This document shows, one piece after another, positions 55,496 through 64,000 of a DNA stretch of 64,000 nt; within the stretch, counting starts at the first letter, position 1, and each line of letters opens with the position of its first letter. Below the pieces are notes generated by a model. It saw only the letters and a program-made list of their open reading frames with translations, was not told the origin of the DNA and did not search any database. The stretch covers positions 96,001 through 160,000 of the forward strand of contig JBOEGD010000001.1 of NCBI GenBank assembly GCA_050633245.1, in the 5' to 3' direction. The stretch comes from Calditrichia bacterium. Its GTDB lineage: Bacteria > Calditrichota > Calditrichia > RBG-13-44-9 > J075. A program made the translations under genes and the position numbers.

Positions 55496-56506
55496 GTGAA
55501 AACACTATTAAAGACGGCTTATTTCTCGTTTTTTAAGCTCTGCGGAGTGTACTCGAGTAAGCGTCGGGCCAATCGTGATAAAGCCATTGTGCTTACATAT
55601 CATGGTGTTGTGCCATCTATTGCTGCTGATGAGCTTGAGTATGAATATCGCAATTTTGTAACGACAGCTCAGTTCGAGAAACAGCTTAGATTTATGTTGA
55701 AGCACTATCGACCGCTTAAGGTCGCTGATTTTTGCGATCCGGATGCAGATTTGTCCGGCGGTTTTTTGATTACCTTCGATGATGGCTTTCGCAATAATCT
55801 GCACCATGCGGCGCCGGTTTTGAAAAAGCTGGGCGTTGAAGGATGCTTTTTTATAACGACCGGACTGATAGGAACGCGCAACTTCCTCTGGACTGAACTG
55901 GTAACACGGCTGTTGCACAATACCAATATTCCGGACGTAAAACTGCAGCTGGATTCACAAAAAACCTTTTCGTTGCGCACAAAAGAAGATCGTGAACAGG
56001 CCTCTGAGAAAATTCGCAAATATATGAAGGTGCAGCCATTGGCAAGAATGCGCGAGGTACTGCAATCACTACAGGAGCAGTTAACCGATGTGTCTCTTAC
56101 GGTTGGACCAAATGAAGAAGAACGGTATCTGTTTATGACCTGGGATGAAGTAAAGGAACTCGCCGGAGAAGCCGGCCAGGCAGTTGCTGCTCATACGCAC
56201 ACTCATCCCATGCTATCGTCATTAACCGAGGACGAAAGCCTTTTCGAGCTAAAGAAGTCTAAAGAACTTTTGGAAGAACATCTTGGTACGCCTGTGTTGG
56301 CAATGAGTTATCCCAACGGCCAGCGTGAAAACTATTCGCAGACTCAGTTGAACCAGCTGAAAAAGCTTGGTTATGCCTGCGCGTTTACGCAGGTACCGCT
56401 ATTTAACGACAAGACGCGTGAGCAGTATGAGTTGCGCCGAGTGAATATTTCACATAAAATGAACCTTTCTGTTTTTGAAGCTATTACCTGTGGATTCAAA
56501 AACTAA
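55496..56506 (+). CDS. Polysaccharide deacetylase (CE4)
   Basis: 'LTYHGV', 'ITFDDG', 'HTHTHP', 'SYPNG'; GTG start after GGGGGA. Confidence 0.9.
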   Translation: MKTLLKTAYFSFFKLCGVYSSKRRANRDKAIVLTYHGVVPSIAADELEYEYRNFVTTAQFEKQLRFMLKHYRPLKVADFCDPDADLSGGFLITFDDGFRNNLHHAAPVLKKLGVEGCFFITTGLIGTRNFLWTELVTRLLHNTNIPDVKLQLDSQKTFSLRTKEDREQASEKIRKYMKVQPLARMREVLQSLQEQLTDVSLTVGPNEEERYLFMTWDEVKELAGEAGQAVAAHTHTHPMLSSLTEDESLFELKKSKELLEEHLGTPVLAMSYPNGQRENYSQTQLNQLKKLGYACAFTQVPLFNDKTREQYELRRVNISHKMNLSVFEAITCGFKN

Positions 56507-56544
56507 TTGAAGAAAAATTAAACTTTCTACTCTGGAATAGCACT

Positions 56545-57603
56545 ATGAAAAAAGAGACCTCGTCAGTGGATGATGTTGTAGAAACGTCAGCAACGCTTAC
56601 AGAAAAAGAACGCCGTATTCGCCAGATTAAGAATTCACCGCCGATATTTATTATTGGATCACAGCGTTCTGGAACATCCTTTCTGTATCGTCTGGTGCAG
56701 TCCTATTTAAAAATAGGGTTCGGCCGGGATAATGGAAACTTTGTCCGGATGATGGAAATGCTGCGCTTTTACGGAGATCTGACTGAAGAAGTAAATATTC
56801 GTCGTCTATTAAAGGATATTCTTGCTATTCCCGAGTTTAAAAAGCGCTTTAAAGGACTCGAGATCGATCCTGATCATTTCATTGCCAATCTGGAAGAGAG
56901 AAGCTATGCCGAAGTCGTACGACGCTTCTATGCGGAATGGGCTTATTTTAAAGACACCGACCGCTGGGGTGGCAAAACCCCTGACTACTCCATCTATGCT
57001 AACGAGTTGTATAGCTTGTTCCCAGATGCCAAGTTTATTCATATTATACGCGATGGACGGGATGTTGCACTCTCGCTATTCAAGCTGGAGTGGGGACCAG
57101 AATCCCCAATGCAAGCTGCCAAACACTGGAAAGATCGCGCAAAATCTGCTTTGGAATTCGGCAAAAAGCTCACCGGAAAAACCTATATGGAATTACGCTA
57201 TGAAGGTTTGTTGGACAATCCGGAAAAGGAGTTTGCCCGCATTGTTCACTTTATAGAATATGAGGGTGATCGCGAAGCATTGATCGAGCAATTTAACCGT
57301 GAGATAGAAGGCAAAATAAAGCAAGGTAATTACAATAAGTGGAAACGCGAGATGTCTCCTCGTCAAATAAAAGCGTTTGAACGTGTAAGTGGCGATTTAC
57401 TTGATGAGCTTGGCTATGAGATTACAAACTCTTCTGAAACGTTGGCCAATAAGCCCGGCCCAATAGCCTGGACAATGGACCATGCAGAAAATCTGCTTCG
57501 TAAACTCGCTCGCGGACAAGGATTCCTGGGATTATGGAATCGCATTCGTCGCTTTTTTAAGGACAATTTTGTGAAATTATCCTTCTATTTAGGACGGAGG
57601 TAG
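56545..57603 (+). CDS. PAPS-dependent sulfotransferase
   Basis: 'GSQRSGTS', 'WGGKTP', 'FPDAKFIHIIRDGRDVALS', 'RYEGL'. Confidence 0.9.
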   Translation: MKKETSSVDDVVETSATLTEKERRIRQIKNSPPIFIIGSQRSGTSFLYRLVQSYLKIGFGRDNGNFVRMMEMLRFYGDLTEEVNIRRLLKDILAIPEFKKRFKGLEIDPDHFIANLEERSYAEVVRRFYAEWAYFKDTDRWGGKTPDYSIYANELYSLFPDAKFIHIIRDGRDVALSLFKLEWGPESPMQAAKHWKDRAKSALEFGKKLTGKTYMELRYEGLLDNPEKEFARIVHFIEYEGDREALIEQFNREIEGKIKQGNYNKWKREMSPRQIKAFERVSGDLLDELGYEITNSSETLANKPGPIAWTMDHAENLLRKLARGQGFLGLWNRIRRFFKDNFVKLSFYLGRR

Positions 57604-57774
57604 AGTATTATTGCAGCATGCACAACCCAAATTTAGCATATCTGATACTGCTATAACACAGCTGTTGCAGTCTGCAAATCAGATGGCATTACCAGAAGCA
57701 TAATTCGCTGCCGAAGTGCACTTCTAACGAAGCTCTGTTGAACTCAAATCTGCTGTGGAAGCTAACGATAAAAC

Positions 57775-59226
57775 ATGTTGTTTAATTCTTACGATTTTTT
57801 ATTATTTTTCCCCACGGTAGTCGCCGCTTATTTTCTTCTTCCCGACCGCTTTCGCTGGATGTTCTTATTGGGCGCAAGCTATTATTTTTACATGTGTTGG
57901 AAAGCTGAATACATCGTATTAATCCTGCTTTCCACAGTTATTGATTATGTTGCAGCTCTGCAAATGAGTCGTTCCGAAAACCCGGTCAGGCGCAAGAGCC
58001 TGCTGGTTCTAAGCCTCTGTGCGAACCTTGGTGTGCTCTTCTCCTTCAAATACGCAAACTTCTTTGGCGATTCAATTAATGGCTTACTGAATCAGTTTAA
58101 TATTGCCGCCGGCGTTCCCTATTTGGATGTGTTGCTTCCGGTTGGGATTTCTTTTTACACGTTTCAAAGCATGAGTTATTCGATAGACGTTTATCGTGGC
58201 GAGAAGGAAGCCGAAACACATTTCGGCAAATTCGCCCTTTACGTGTCCTTCTTTCCGCAATTGGTCGCCGGGCCTATTGAACGCTCAACGCGCTTACTGC
58301 CACAGTTTCATCGCGCGGTGCATTTTGATTGGGAACGCGTCGTTTCGGGTTTGCGGCTTATGTTATGGGGCTTTTTTAAAAAGCTGGTAATAGCAGACCG
58401 CCTGGCAATTTACGTCAATGAAGCCTATAATCAGCCAGGCGAAGTTACCGGAGCTGCGTTGCTATTGGCAACCTACTTTTTTGCTTTCCAAATTTACTGC
58501 GATTTCTCAGGTTATTCCGATATTGCAATCGGTACTGCGCGAATTCTGGGTTTCGATCTGATGAACAACTTTCGTCAGCCATATTTCTCCCGCTCGATCT
58601 CTGAGTTCTGGGGGCGCTGGCACATTTCACTCTCCACTTGGTTTCGCGATTATTTGTATATTCCGCTGGGTGGAAATCGCGTCAGTAAACAGCGCTGGTA
58701 TGTTAACCTAATGGCAGTATTTTTAATTAGCGGATTGTGGCACGGAGCCAACTGGACTTTCTTCTGGTGGGGATTTCTGCACGGTCTGTATCTAATATGG
58801 GCACTCGTTTCACAATCTTATCGAGATCGTTTTAAAAGCCGCATGGGAATTGGAGCTACATCCTGGCTAAATAAAGGGCTGCAGATATTTGTAACGTTTA
58901 ATCTGGTCTGCCTGGCATGGGTCTTTTTTCGTGCTAACTCGATTCAGGACGCTTTCTATATTCTGCAAACTATTGCGCAAACAGATTGGCTGTCCATTCG
59001 GCCGAGAGACATAAATATTGCACTTGGCTGGGGTGAGCTTTTACTGGCTTTTGCAGCTATTGGATTTATGGAAGCTGTGCATATTACCCAGGCAACGGGG
59101 AAGTTAGAGCAGCTTTTTACTCCCGCAAGAAGGTCATTGCGTTGGGCAGTTTACTATACGCTGATTCTGAGTATTCTCTTTTTCGGCGTATTTAATCGCA
59201 GCGAATTTATTTACTTTCAGTTTTGA
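57775..59226 (+). CDS. MBOAT O-acyltransferase (AlgI/DltB-like)
   Basis: 'MLFNS', 'LPVGISFYTFQ', 'FFPQLVAGPIER', 'DFSGYSDIAIG', 'RWHISLS', 'GLWHGA', 'FIYFQF'. Confidence 0.95.
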   Translation: MLFNSYDFLLFFPTVVAAYFLLPDRFRWMFLLGASYYFYMCWKAEYIVLILLSTVIDYVAALQMSRSENPVRRKSLLVLSLCANLGVLFSFKYANFFGDSINGLLNQFNIAAGVPYLDVLLPVGISFYTFQSMSYSIDVYRGEKEAETHFGKFALYVSFFPQLVAGPIERSTRLLPQFHRAVHFDWERVVSGLRLMLWGFFKKLVIADRLAIYVNEAYNQPGEVTGAALLLATYFFAFQIYCDFSGYSDIAIGTARILGFDLMNNFRQPYFSRSISEFWGRWHISLSTWFRDYLYIPLGGNRVSKQRWYVNLMAVFLISGLWHGANWTFFWWGFLHGLYLIWALVSQSYRDRFKSRMGIGATSWLNKGLQIFVTFNLVCLAWVFFRANSIQDAFYILQTIAQTDWLSIRPRDINIALGWGELLLAFAAIGFMEAVHITQATGKLEQLFTPARRSLRWAVYYTLILSILFFGVFNRSEFIYFQF

Positions 59227-59236
59227 GCAATGGATT

Positions 59237-60247
59237 ATGAGCAATAAAACAATTTCACCAGCTTCTCTGATACTGCGAGTTGCCATGTTCGTCGGCATCT
59301 TTGGGGTGTTATATGGTATTTGCATTGTTGTTTTTCCACAGGTGAAGGTGGGAAGTACGACAGTCATGAAATTAGCTGCGCGCAATCCGGTCTCGCCCGG
59401 TGGCTTTGGTTATACGCTGCAGCGCTTTCGTGATGTGGAAAAATATAGAGAGGTGGATATCCTGTTTCTCGGATCTTCCCATGCTTACCGCACTTATGAT
59501 ACGCGCGTTTATGAGGAAGCAGGCTACAGTGCCTTTAACATGGGGACTACCGGTCAAACCCCGCTTAATAGCTACTATCTGATGAAGCGCTACTGGCAGC
59601 AGCTCCAACCCAGGGTTGTGGTATTGGATTTGGTGTATCGCGTTATTGATCGTGATGGGTTGGAGTGTTTCTACGATCTCTCTTCCAATATGTCGTATTC
59701 CAAAGAGTTTCTGCAAATGGCGCTGGAAATCCACAGCCCTTATGCCATTAATGCGTCTTTGGGAATGTGGAGCAGCAGCCTAATTGGAGATGATGCCCCT
59801 GAGGCGCGTCAGAAGCTACTTCGCAATGAGTTTTACATCCCGGGTGGCTATGTTGAGTTTGAGACCTGGAATAACGATAGTGTTGGAACCGGGCCGATTA
59901 AAACAAGTCACATTGAGCCCAACCCACAGCAGCTGCGTTTTATTCGTAAGATAATCTATTTTGCTCGTCGCAATGGCGCCAAGGTTGTTCTTGTAACGAA
60001 ACCGGAGCCACGTGAGAACCTGGTAATTTGCGCTAATTATGATGAACTCTCTGCGACGTTCGCGAACATTGCGGCGAAAGCAGGAGAACAATTCTGGGAT
60101 TTTAATCGGATTATGGAGCCACTCGATTGGCATAAGCACTTTCACGATCGCGAATACCTCAATGCACCGGGAGTGCTTATATACAATAGCTTTCTTTTGG
60201 AAAAGCTTCGAAACGAGGGTTACCTGCATACTGCTGATAATGAATAA
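59237..60247 (+). CDS. SGNH-like MBOAT partner (AlgJ/DltD-like)
   Basis: N-terminal TM; 'FLGSSH'; C-terminal 'FHDREYLN..G' at the DxxH position. Confidence 0.75.
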   Translation: MSNKTISPASLILRVAMFVGIFGVLYGICIVVFPQVKVGSTTVMKLAARNPVSPGGFGYTLQRFRDVEKYREVDILFLGSSHAYRTYDTRVYEEAGYSAFNMGTTGQTPLNSYYLMKRYWQQLQPRVVVLDLVYRVIDRDGLECFYDLSSNMSYSKEFLQMALEIHSPYAINASLGMWSSSLIGDDAPEARQKLLRNEFYIPGGYVEFETWNNDSVGTGPIKTSHIEPNPQQLRFIRKIIYFARRNGAKVVLVTKPEPRENLVICANYDELSATFANIAAKAGEQFWDFNRIMEPLDWHKHFHDREYLNAPGVLIYNSFLLEKLRNEGYLHTADNE

Positions 60248-60436
60248 ATTCGGTTTAAGAATCATTCCCAATTAAGTATCAATTATCCCGCCATTAGTAA
60301 ACGGCTTTATATAGTATGCGAAATTGAGTTTAGTTTGAAGCTAAACATTTCGATGATTGTCTTGGCGTGCTTATTCGGGCAAAATTGTCTTTACAATACG
60401 CTGTTGCGCTATTGTATTAGCGCCGGAGATTTGATT

Positions 60437-60580
60437 ATGGATGACATAAACGGTGTAAGGCTTGTTCAAAAACATTTCGCTAAAGAACTTTTATCGAGAG
60501 CTTATCGGCAGCAAGAGTCTCTTGTTAGGTATGTGGCCGATGTTAAAAAGGGAATATCCTCTAAAGATTGGGTCGATTGA
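60437..60580 (+). CDS. Possible 47-aa small protein
   Basis: GGAG RBS 8 nt before ATG; MDDINGVRLVQKHFAKELLSRAYRQQESLVRYVADVKKGISSKDWVD. Confidence 0.3.
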   Translation: MDDINGVRLVQKHFAKELLSRAYRQQESLVRYVADVKKGISSKDWVD

Positions 60581-60861
60581 ATGCTTGAGGAAAAAAACTG
60601 TACTTTTAGAACCGGCAACTAGGTCTTACGTTTTGGCTAAGGCATGCTTGTAGGAATCGTGTCGGATGCGCAGGTTGGCGCTGTAAATTCGACCACCCCG
60701 AAAAGTTGATTTCCCTAACGTTCTGCCCGTCAAAAAAGTTGTATTGTTGATGGCATTTCAAATCAGTGTAATTCACGCGAATGCACAGGTTCGAAGCTTT
60801 CTATTTATCTGAGATAGTTTTAAGACTATTTCTTAATCTTCCAGCACGCGGTGAGTATTTC

Positions 60862-61938
60862 ATGAAACAAATTTTGATGCAGTTGTGGGTCTTCTACTGG
60901 AGAGTGCGCCGCTATATTCAGGACCATCGGGTTGCTGATCGCCCGCGCTACGAAAAATTTCGCTTTCGCTTCTATGAGGAGCTTTGGCGGAAAACGGCTA
61001 AGACCATCAATAAACCAATTGAAGACTTTGGTCATGGGTATTTTAAGATTGGTGATGAAAAAGCAGCGACATTTGTTCTTGAGGCAAAAGTTCAGCTCGA
61101 TGACCACCTCAGTCTGAGAATGGCCGGCAATAAGCCCTTGGTTCATAAAATTCTCTCGGACGGCAACTTCCCGATTCAAGACTATTGTGAATACAGTATG
61201 ACCAGTTTGCAGAAAGCATTCGACTTTATGCAAAAAAAAGGCGGCTCCTGCGTTATTAAACCGGCGGCCGGCTCAGGTGCCGGGAATGGTGTTGTTACAA
61301 AAATTACAGACTATAAACGCCTGCGAAAAGCATCGCTTTGGGCAGCTACCTTTAGCCCGAGACTGTTGATTGAGGAAGAAATTCCCGGTGACTCCTATCG
61401 TTTACTTTACCTGAATGGCAAATTCCTGGATGCCGTCCGCCGCGATCCTCCGCATGTAACCGGAGATGGCAAACACACGATTGCCGAACTGATGCTACAG
61501 GAAAATGCGGATCGCTTGAAGGGAGATTCCATCAAAGCTCTGTCCCCTCTGGTGGTTGACTACGAGGCAAAGCTCGATCTGCATAAGCAGGGTAAGAAGT
61601 TGAGTGATCGTCCTGCAAAAGGTGAAAAGGTTCGCGTAAAAACGGTGTGCAATCAAAACCGATATACCGAAAATGAATCGATTACAAAAACTGTTCACCC
61701 TTCGATCGTTGAAGCTGGCGAACGAATTGCCGATATCTTTAGTCTACAGTTACTTGGAGTAGATTTAATTACACCTGACGTTACCCGTCCATTAGAGGAA
61801 GTGGGTGGCGTGATAAATGAAATCAATACCAATCCCGGCTTGCATCATCACTACCTGGTGAAAAATCAGGATTCGGACATAGATATAGCCGGCTCAATTA
61901 TTCAATTTATCCTGAACGGAAAAAAGAATGTCTCCTAA
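60862..61938 (+). CDS. ATP-grasp ligase (cyanophycin-synthetase/GshF ATP-grasp-like, stand-alone)
   Basis: 'VIKPAAGSGAGNGV', 'IEEEIPGDSYRLL', 'RRDPPHVTGDGKHTIAEL', 'GVDLITPD', 'INEINTNPG'; likely start 60862. Confidence 0.85.
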   Translation: MKQILMQLWVFYWRVRRYIQDHRVADRPRYEKFRFRFYEELWRKTAKTINKPIEDFGHGYFKIGDEKAATFVLEAKVQLDDHLSLRMAGNKPLVHKILSDGNFPIQDYCEYSMTSLQKAFDFMQKKGGSCVIKPAAGSGAGNGVVTKITDYKRLRKASLWAATFSPRLLIEEEIPGDSYRLLYLNGKFLDAVRRDPPHVTGDGKHTIAELMLQENADRLKGDSIKALSPLVVDYEAKLDLHKQGKKLSDRPAKGEKVRVKTVCNQNRYTENESITKTVHPSIVEAGERIADIFSLQLLGVDLITPDVTRPLEEVGGVINEINTNPGLHHHYLVKNQDSDIDIAGSIIQFILNGKKNVS

Positions 61939-63109
61939 AACAACAAAGCCTCCTGTTGTTATTCTCGGTGGATCCTCGAACGCACTTTCTATTGCACGCA
62001 ACCTTGGTCGAAGAGGTATTGACGTATACCTTTCTGTGACAAGAGGAAATCCGGCCTGCTTTACGCGGTTTTCCAAAAAGCTGTTTATTATCGAAGATAA
62101 AAAGAACGTTGCTTCAATTTGGGCTGACCTTCTGCTTTCTGGTAAAAATCCAGAGCTGCATGGCGCAATTTTGTTTCCCTGCAATGATGACGGTGTAGAG
62201 TTTATTGCTAATAATAGACCGGCACTGGAAGAATACTATATTCTCGATGATTCACGTGCAGAGCTGTATTTAGATTTGCTGAACAAGCGCAGAACGCTTG
62301 AAATGGCTGAAGAACACGGAATCCCCTATCCTAAGTACCTCGCCATTGAATCGCGTGATGACTTTGATAAAATAAATGATGATATCCGTCTGCCGCTGAT
62401 TATTAAGCCGCAGGAATCGCATTTATTTCAAAAGGCTTTTGATGGCAAGAAGCTCTTTTTTGTGTATACAAAAGATGAGTTAATGGAGCGGCTCGAAGAG
62501 ATAATGAAGAAGGATTTGAAGGTGATTCTAACAGAATGGCTTTCCGGCCCTGATACGCTGCTGAGTAGTTATTATACTTATATCGATAAAGATGGAAACA
62601 AGCTGTTCCACTTTACTAAAAAGGTTATACGGCGCTTCCCCAAGAACAATGGCCAGGGTTGTTATCATATTACGGAATGGTGTGAAGAAACGGCTGAAGT
62701 TGGGTTGAAGTTCTTTGAAGCCATGAATCTGCGTGGCTTGGGAAATATTGAATTTAAGCGCGATCTGGTAGATAATAAGCTGAAGGTCATTGAATGTAAT
62801 CCGCGCTTCACTGCCGCACATGAACTGCTGGTTCGCTGTGGGATGGAGATTGACTGGATTATTTATAGCCACCTTGCCGGCTTGCCCGTTCCTAAAATAG
62901 ATTCATTTAAAGAAAACGTCACGCTGTGGTTTCCACGAAGAGACTATCTTGCGTATAAGGAATTAAAAGCATTAAACGAGTTGAATTTTGGGGATTGGAT
63001 AAAAAGCATTTCTCACAAACAGGTGATGCCACATTTCAAATGGAGTGATCCGATGCCGACATGGCGCCCCTTTGCCGATTCTGTCAAGAACAGACTGTTT
63101 GGCTCGTAA
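61928..63109 (+). CDS. ATP-grasp carboxylate-amine ligase (D-aspartate-ligase-like)
   Basis: 'ARNLGRRGI', 'LFPCND', 'PLIIKP', 'NIEFKRD', 'IECNPRF', 'DPMP'. Confidence 0.85.
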   Translation: MSPKTTKPPVVILGGSSNALSIARNLGRRGIDVYLSVTRGNPACFTRFSKKLFIIEDKKNVASIWADLLLSGKNPELHGAILFPCNDDGVEFIANNRPALEEYYILDDSRAELYLDLLNKRRTLEMAEEHGIPYPKYLAIESRDDFDKINDDIRLPLIIKPQESHLFQKAFDGKKLFFVYTKDELMERLEEIMKKDLKVILTEWLSGPDTLLSSYYTYIDKDGNKLFHFTKKVIRRFPKNNGQGCYHITEWCEETAEVGLKFFEAMNLRGLGNIEFKRDLVDNKLKVIECNPRFTAAHELLVRCGMEIDWIIYSHLAGLPVPKIDSFKENVTLWFPRRDYLAYKELKALNELNFGDWIKSISHKQVMPHFKWSDPMPTWRPFADSVKNRLFGS

Positions 63110-63349
63110 CGGAATACGACGTTCTAATAGCTCATAAGAAATCAGAGGCGCTCTAGAAACAGACATCCTTCAGAAGCAGCAGTTGTTTGCCAGGTTCTGA
63201 ATCGGTATGATCTTGTCGGTTGATTAATGCAGAGAGTTTGGTACCTGTGGCTGAAGGTGTGGATATTGACGAACCTGCGAAAATAGCCTTCCCAAAAGCT
63301 TTCTGAACAGTTGAATGTCGATTTTTGTAGATTTTTAGAACCCTCAACC

Positions 63350-64000
63350 TCATTTTTGTGTAAGCTCCATTCTCACCTTTTGTGGAGTTTTGCCCGTCCA
63401 CGAACGAAATGCCCTTACAAACGAATTTGCGTCTTCATACCCCAATAGAAATGATATTTGGGATCTGGAAAGGGCCGGATTTTCCAAATAGTGATATGCG
63501 AGCTTTTGCCTGGTGGCATTCAACACTTTTTGAAAAGTTGTCTGTTCACTGCTTAAGTGACGTTGGAGCGTGCGCTTGCTTACGGCAAGACTTTTCGCGA
63601 CCTCATTGATGGAATATACCCCGGTTGGCAATAGCTCGAACAACGATTGCTGAACTTTGAGCATGTACGATATTCTTTCGTCTATCTCCGCCAGGCGATT
63701 ACGCAACTCTGGCTCAAAGGCATTCCAAACAAACTCGTTTTCAGTTAAAAAAGGTCGGGCTGCATCCACGGCGCTAAAGCTGATTTGAGCTTTTTCAGCG
63801 AGTTTTGCCCGTACGCCGAAGTATTTGGTGAACTGGCTGCCGCTCAGATTATTTGATGGAGATTTTATCGAAATAGGTTGGATCTGTTCACGGGTTGCAA
63901 GACGAACCAGATGCACGAGAAACGTTATCTCTGCCTCTACATAAGAGTCTGGTAAGGGCCAGTTAGCGGTATAAAGTGAATCGATTGAGAGTACTGTTTG
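63350..64000 (-). CDS. AraC-family transcriptional regulator (5' end outside window)
   Basis: 'VAKSLAVSKRTLQRHL', 'ISFLLGYEDANSFVRAFRSWTGKTP'; frame stays open to the window edge. Confidence 0.9.
   Translation of the reverse strand, partial: QTVLSIDSLYTANWPLPDSYVEAEITFLVHLVRLATREQIQPISIKSPSNNLSGSQFTKYFGVRAKLAEKAQISFSAVDAARPFLTENEFVWNAFEPELRNRLAEIDERISYMLKVQQSLFELLPTGVYSINEVAKSLAVSKRTLQRHLSSEQTTFQKVLNATRQKLAYHYLENPALSRSQISFLLGYEDANSFVRAFRSWTGKTPQKVRMELTQK

Noticed and set aside
57638-57688. Imperfect hairpin between sulfotransferase and MBOAT genes
   Set aside because: Short interrupted helices, no U-tract and no recognisable motif; could be chance
60862-61938. Cyanophycin synthetase cphA
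   Set aside because: Only the ATP-grasp half is present; no Mur-ligase domain and no cphB

Overview
64 kb of bacterial chromosome. A C-terminal 'QNYPNPFN' FlgD-Ig/T9SS-type sorting domain and the gene mix suggest an FCB-related lineage such as Calditrichota or KSB1; this is inference only. Five blocks are visible. (1) 6-10813: a minus-strand operon encoding a Ser/Thr kinase with a degenerate cyclase domain, two exported unknown proteins and a 2170-aa FG-GAP/ASPIC/12xFn3 surface protein. (2) 11-24 kb: housekeeping and redox genes (sodN, topA, DUF58, trxB, Na/Pi symporter, NERD-helicase, lemA-TPM-TPM, clpP). This block also holds a CxxU Rdx/SelW-like selenoprotein gene (16857-17087) with a SECIS-like hairpin that the ORF track missed. 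(3) 24.3-31.4 kb: a five-gene ABC-like operon with no ATPase. (4) 31.5-33.6 kb: an islet with a hicB whose conserved N-terminus appears to need an ATC start, a hicA lacking its catalytic His, an acidic orphan, a recurring TTATTGAACG motif and candidate structured RNAs; it is followed by GH113/beta-barrel genes, aroC fused to a chorismate-mutase remnant, and pgsA. (5) 39.1-63.1 kb: a Wzx/Wzy-type polysaccharide cluster with exosortase-A-associated-type genes and many tailoring enzymes (3 ATP-grasp, FemAB, 2 deacetylases, kinase, sulfotransferase, MBOAT/SGNH) plus a STAS-HTH regulator. No rRNA, tRNA, CRISPR array or transposase was recognised. All family assignments come from motif recognition by eye, not from database searches.
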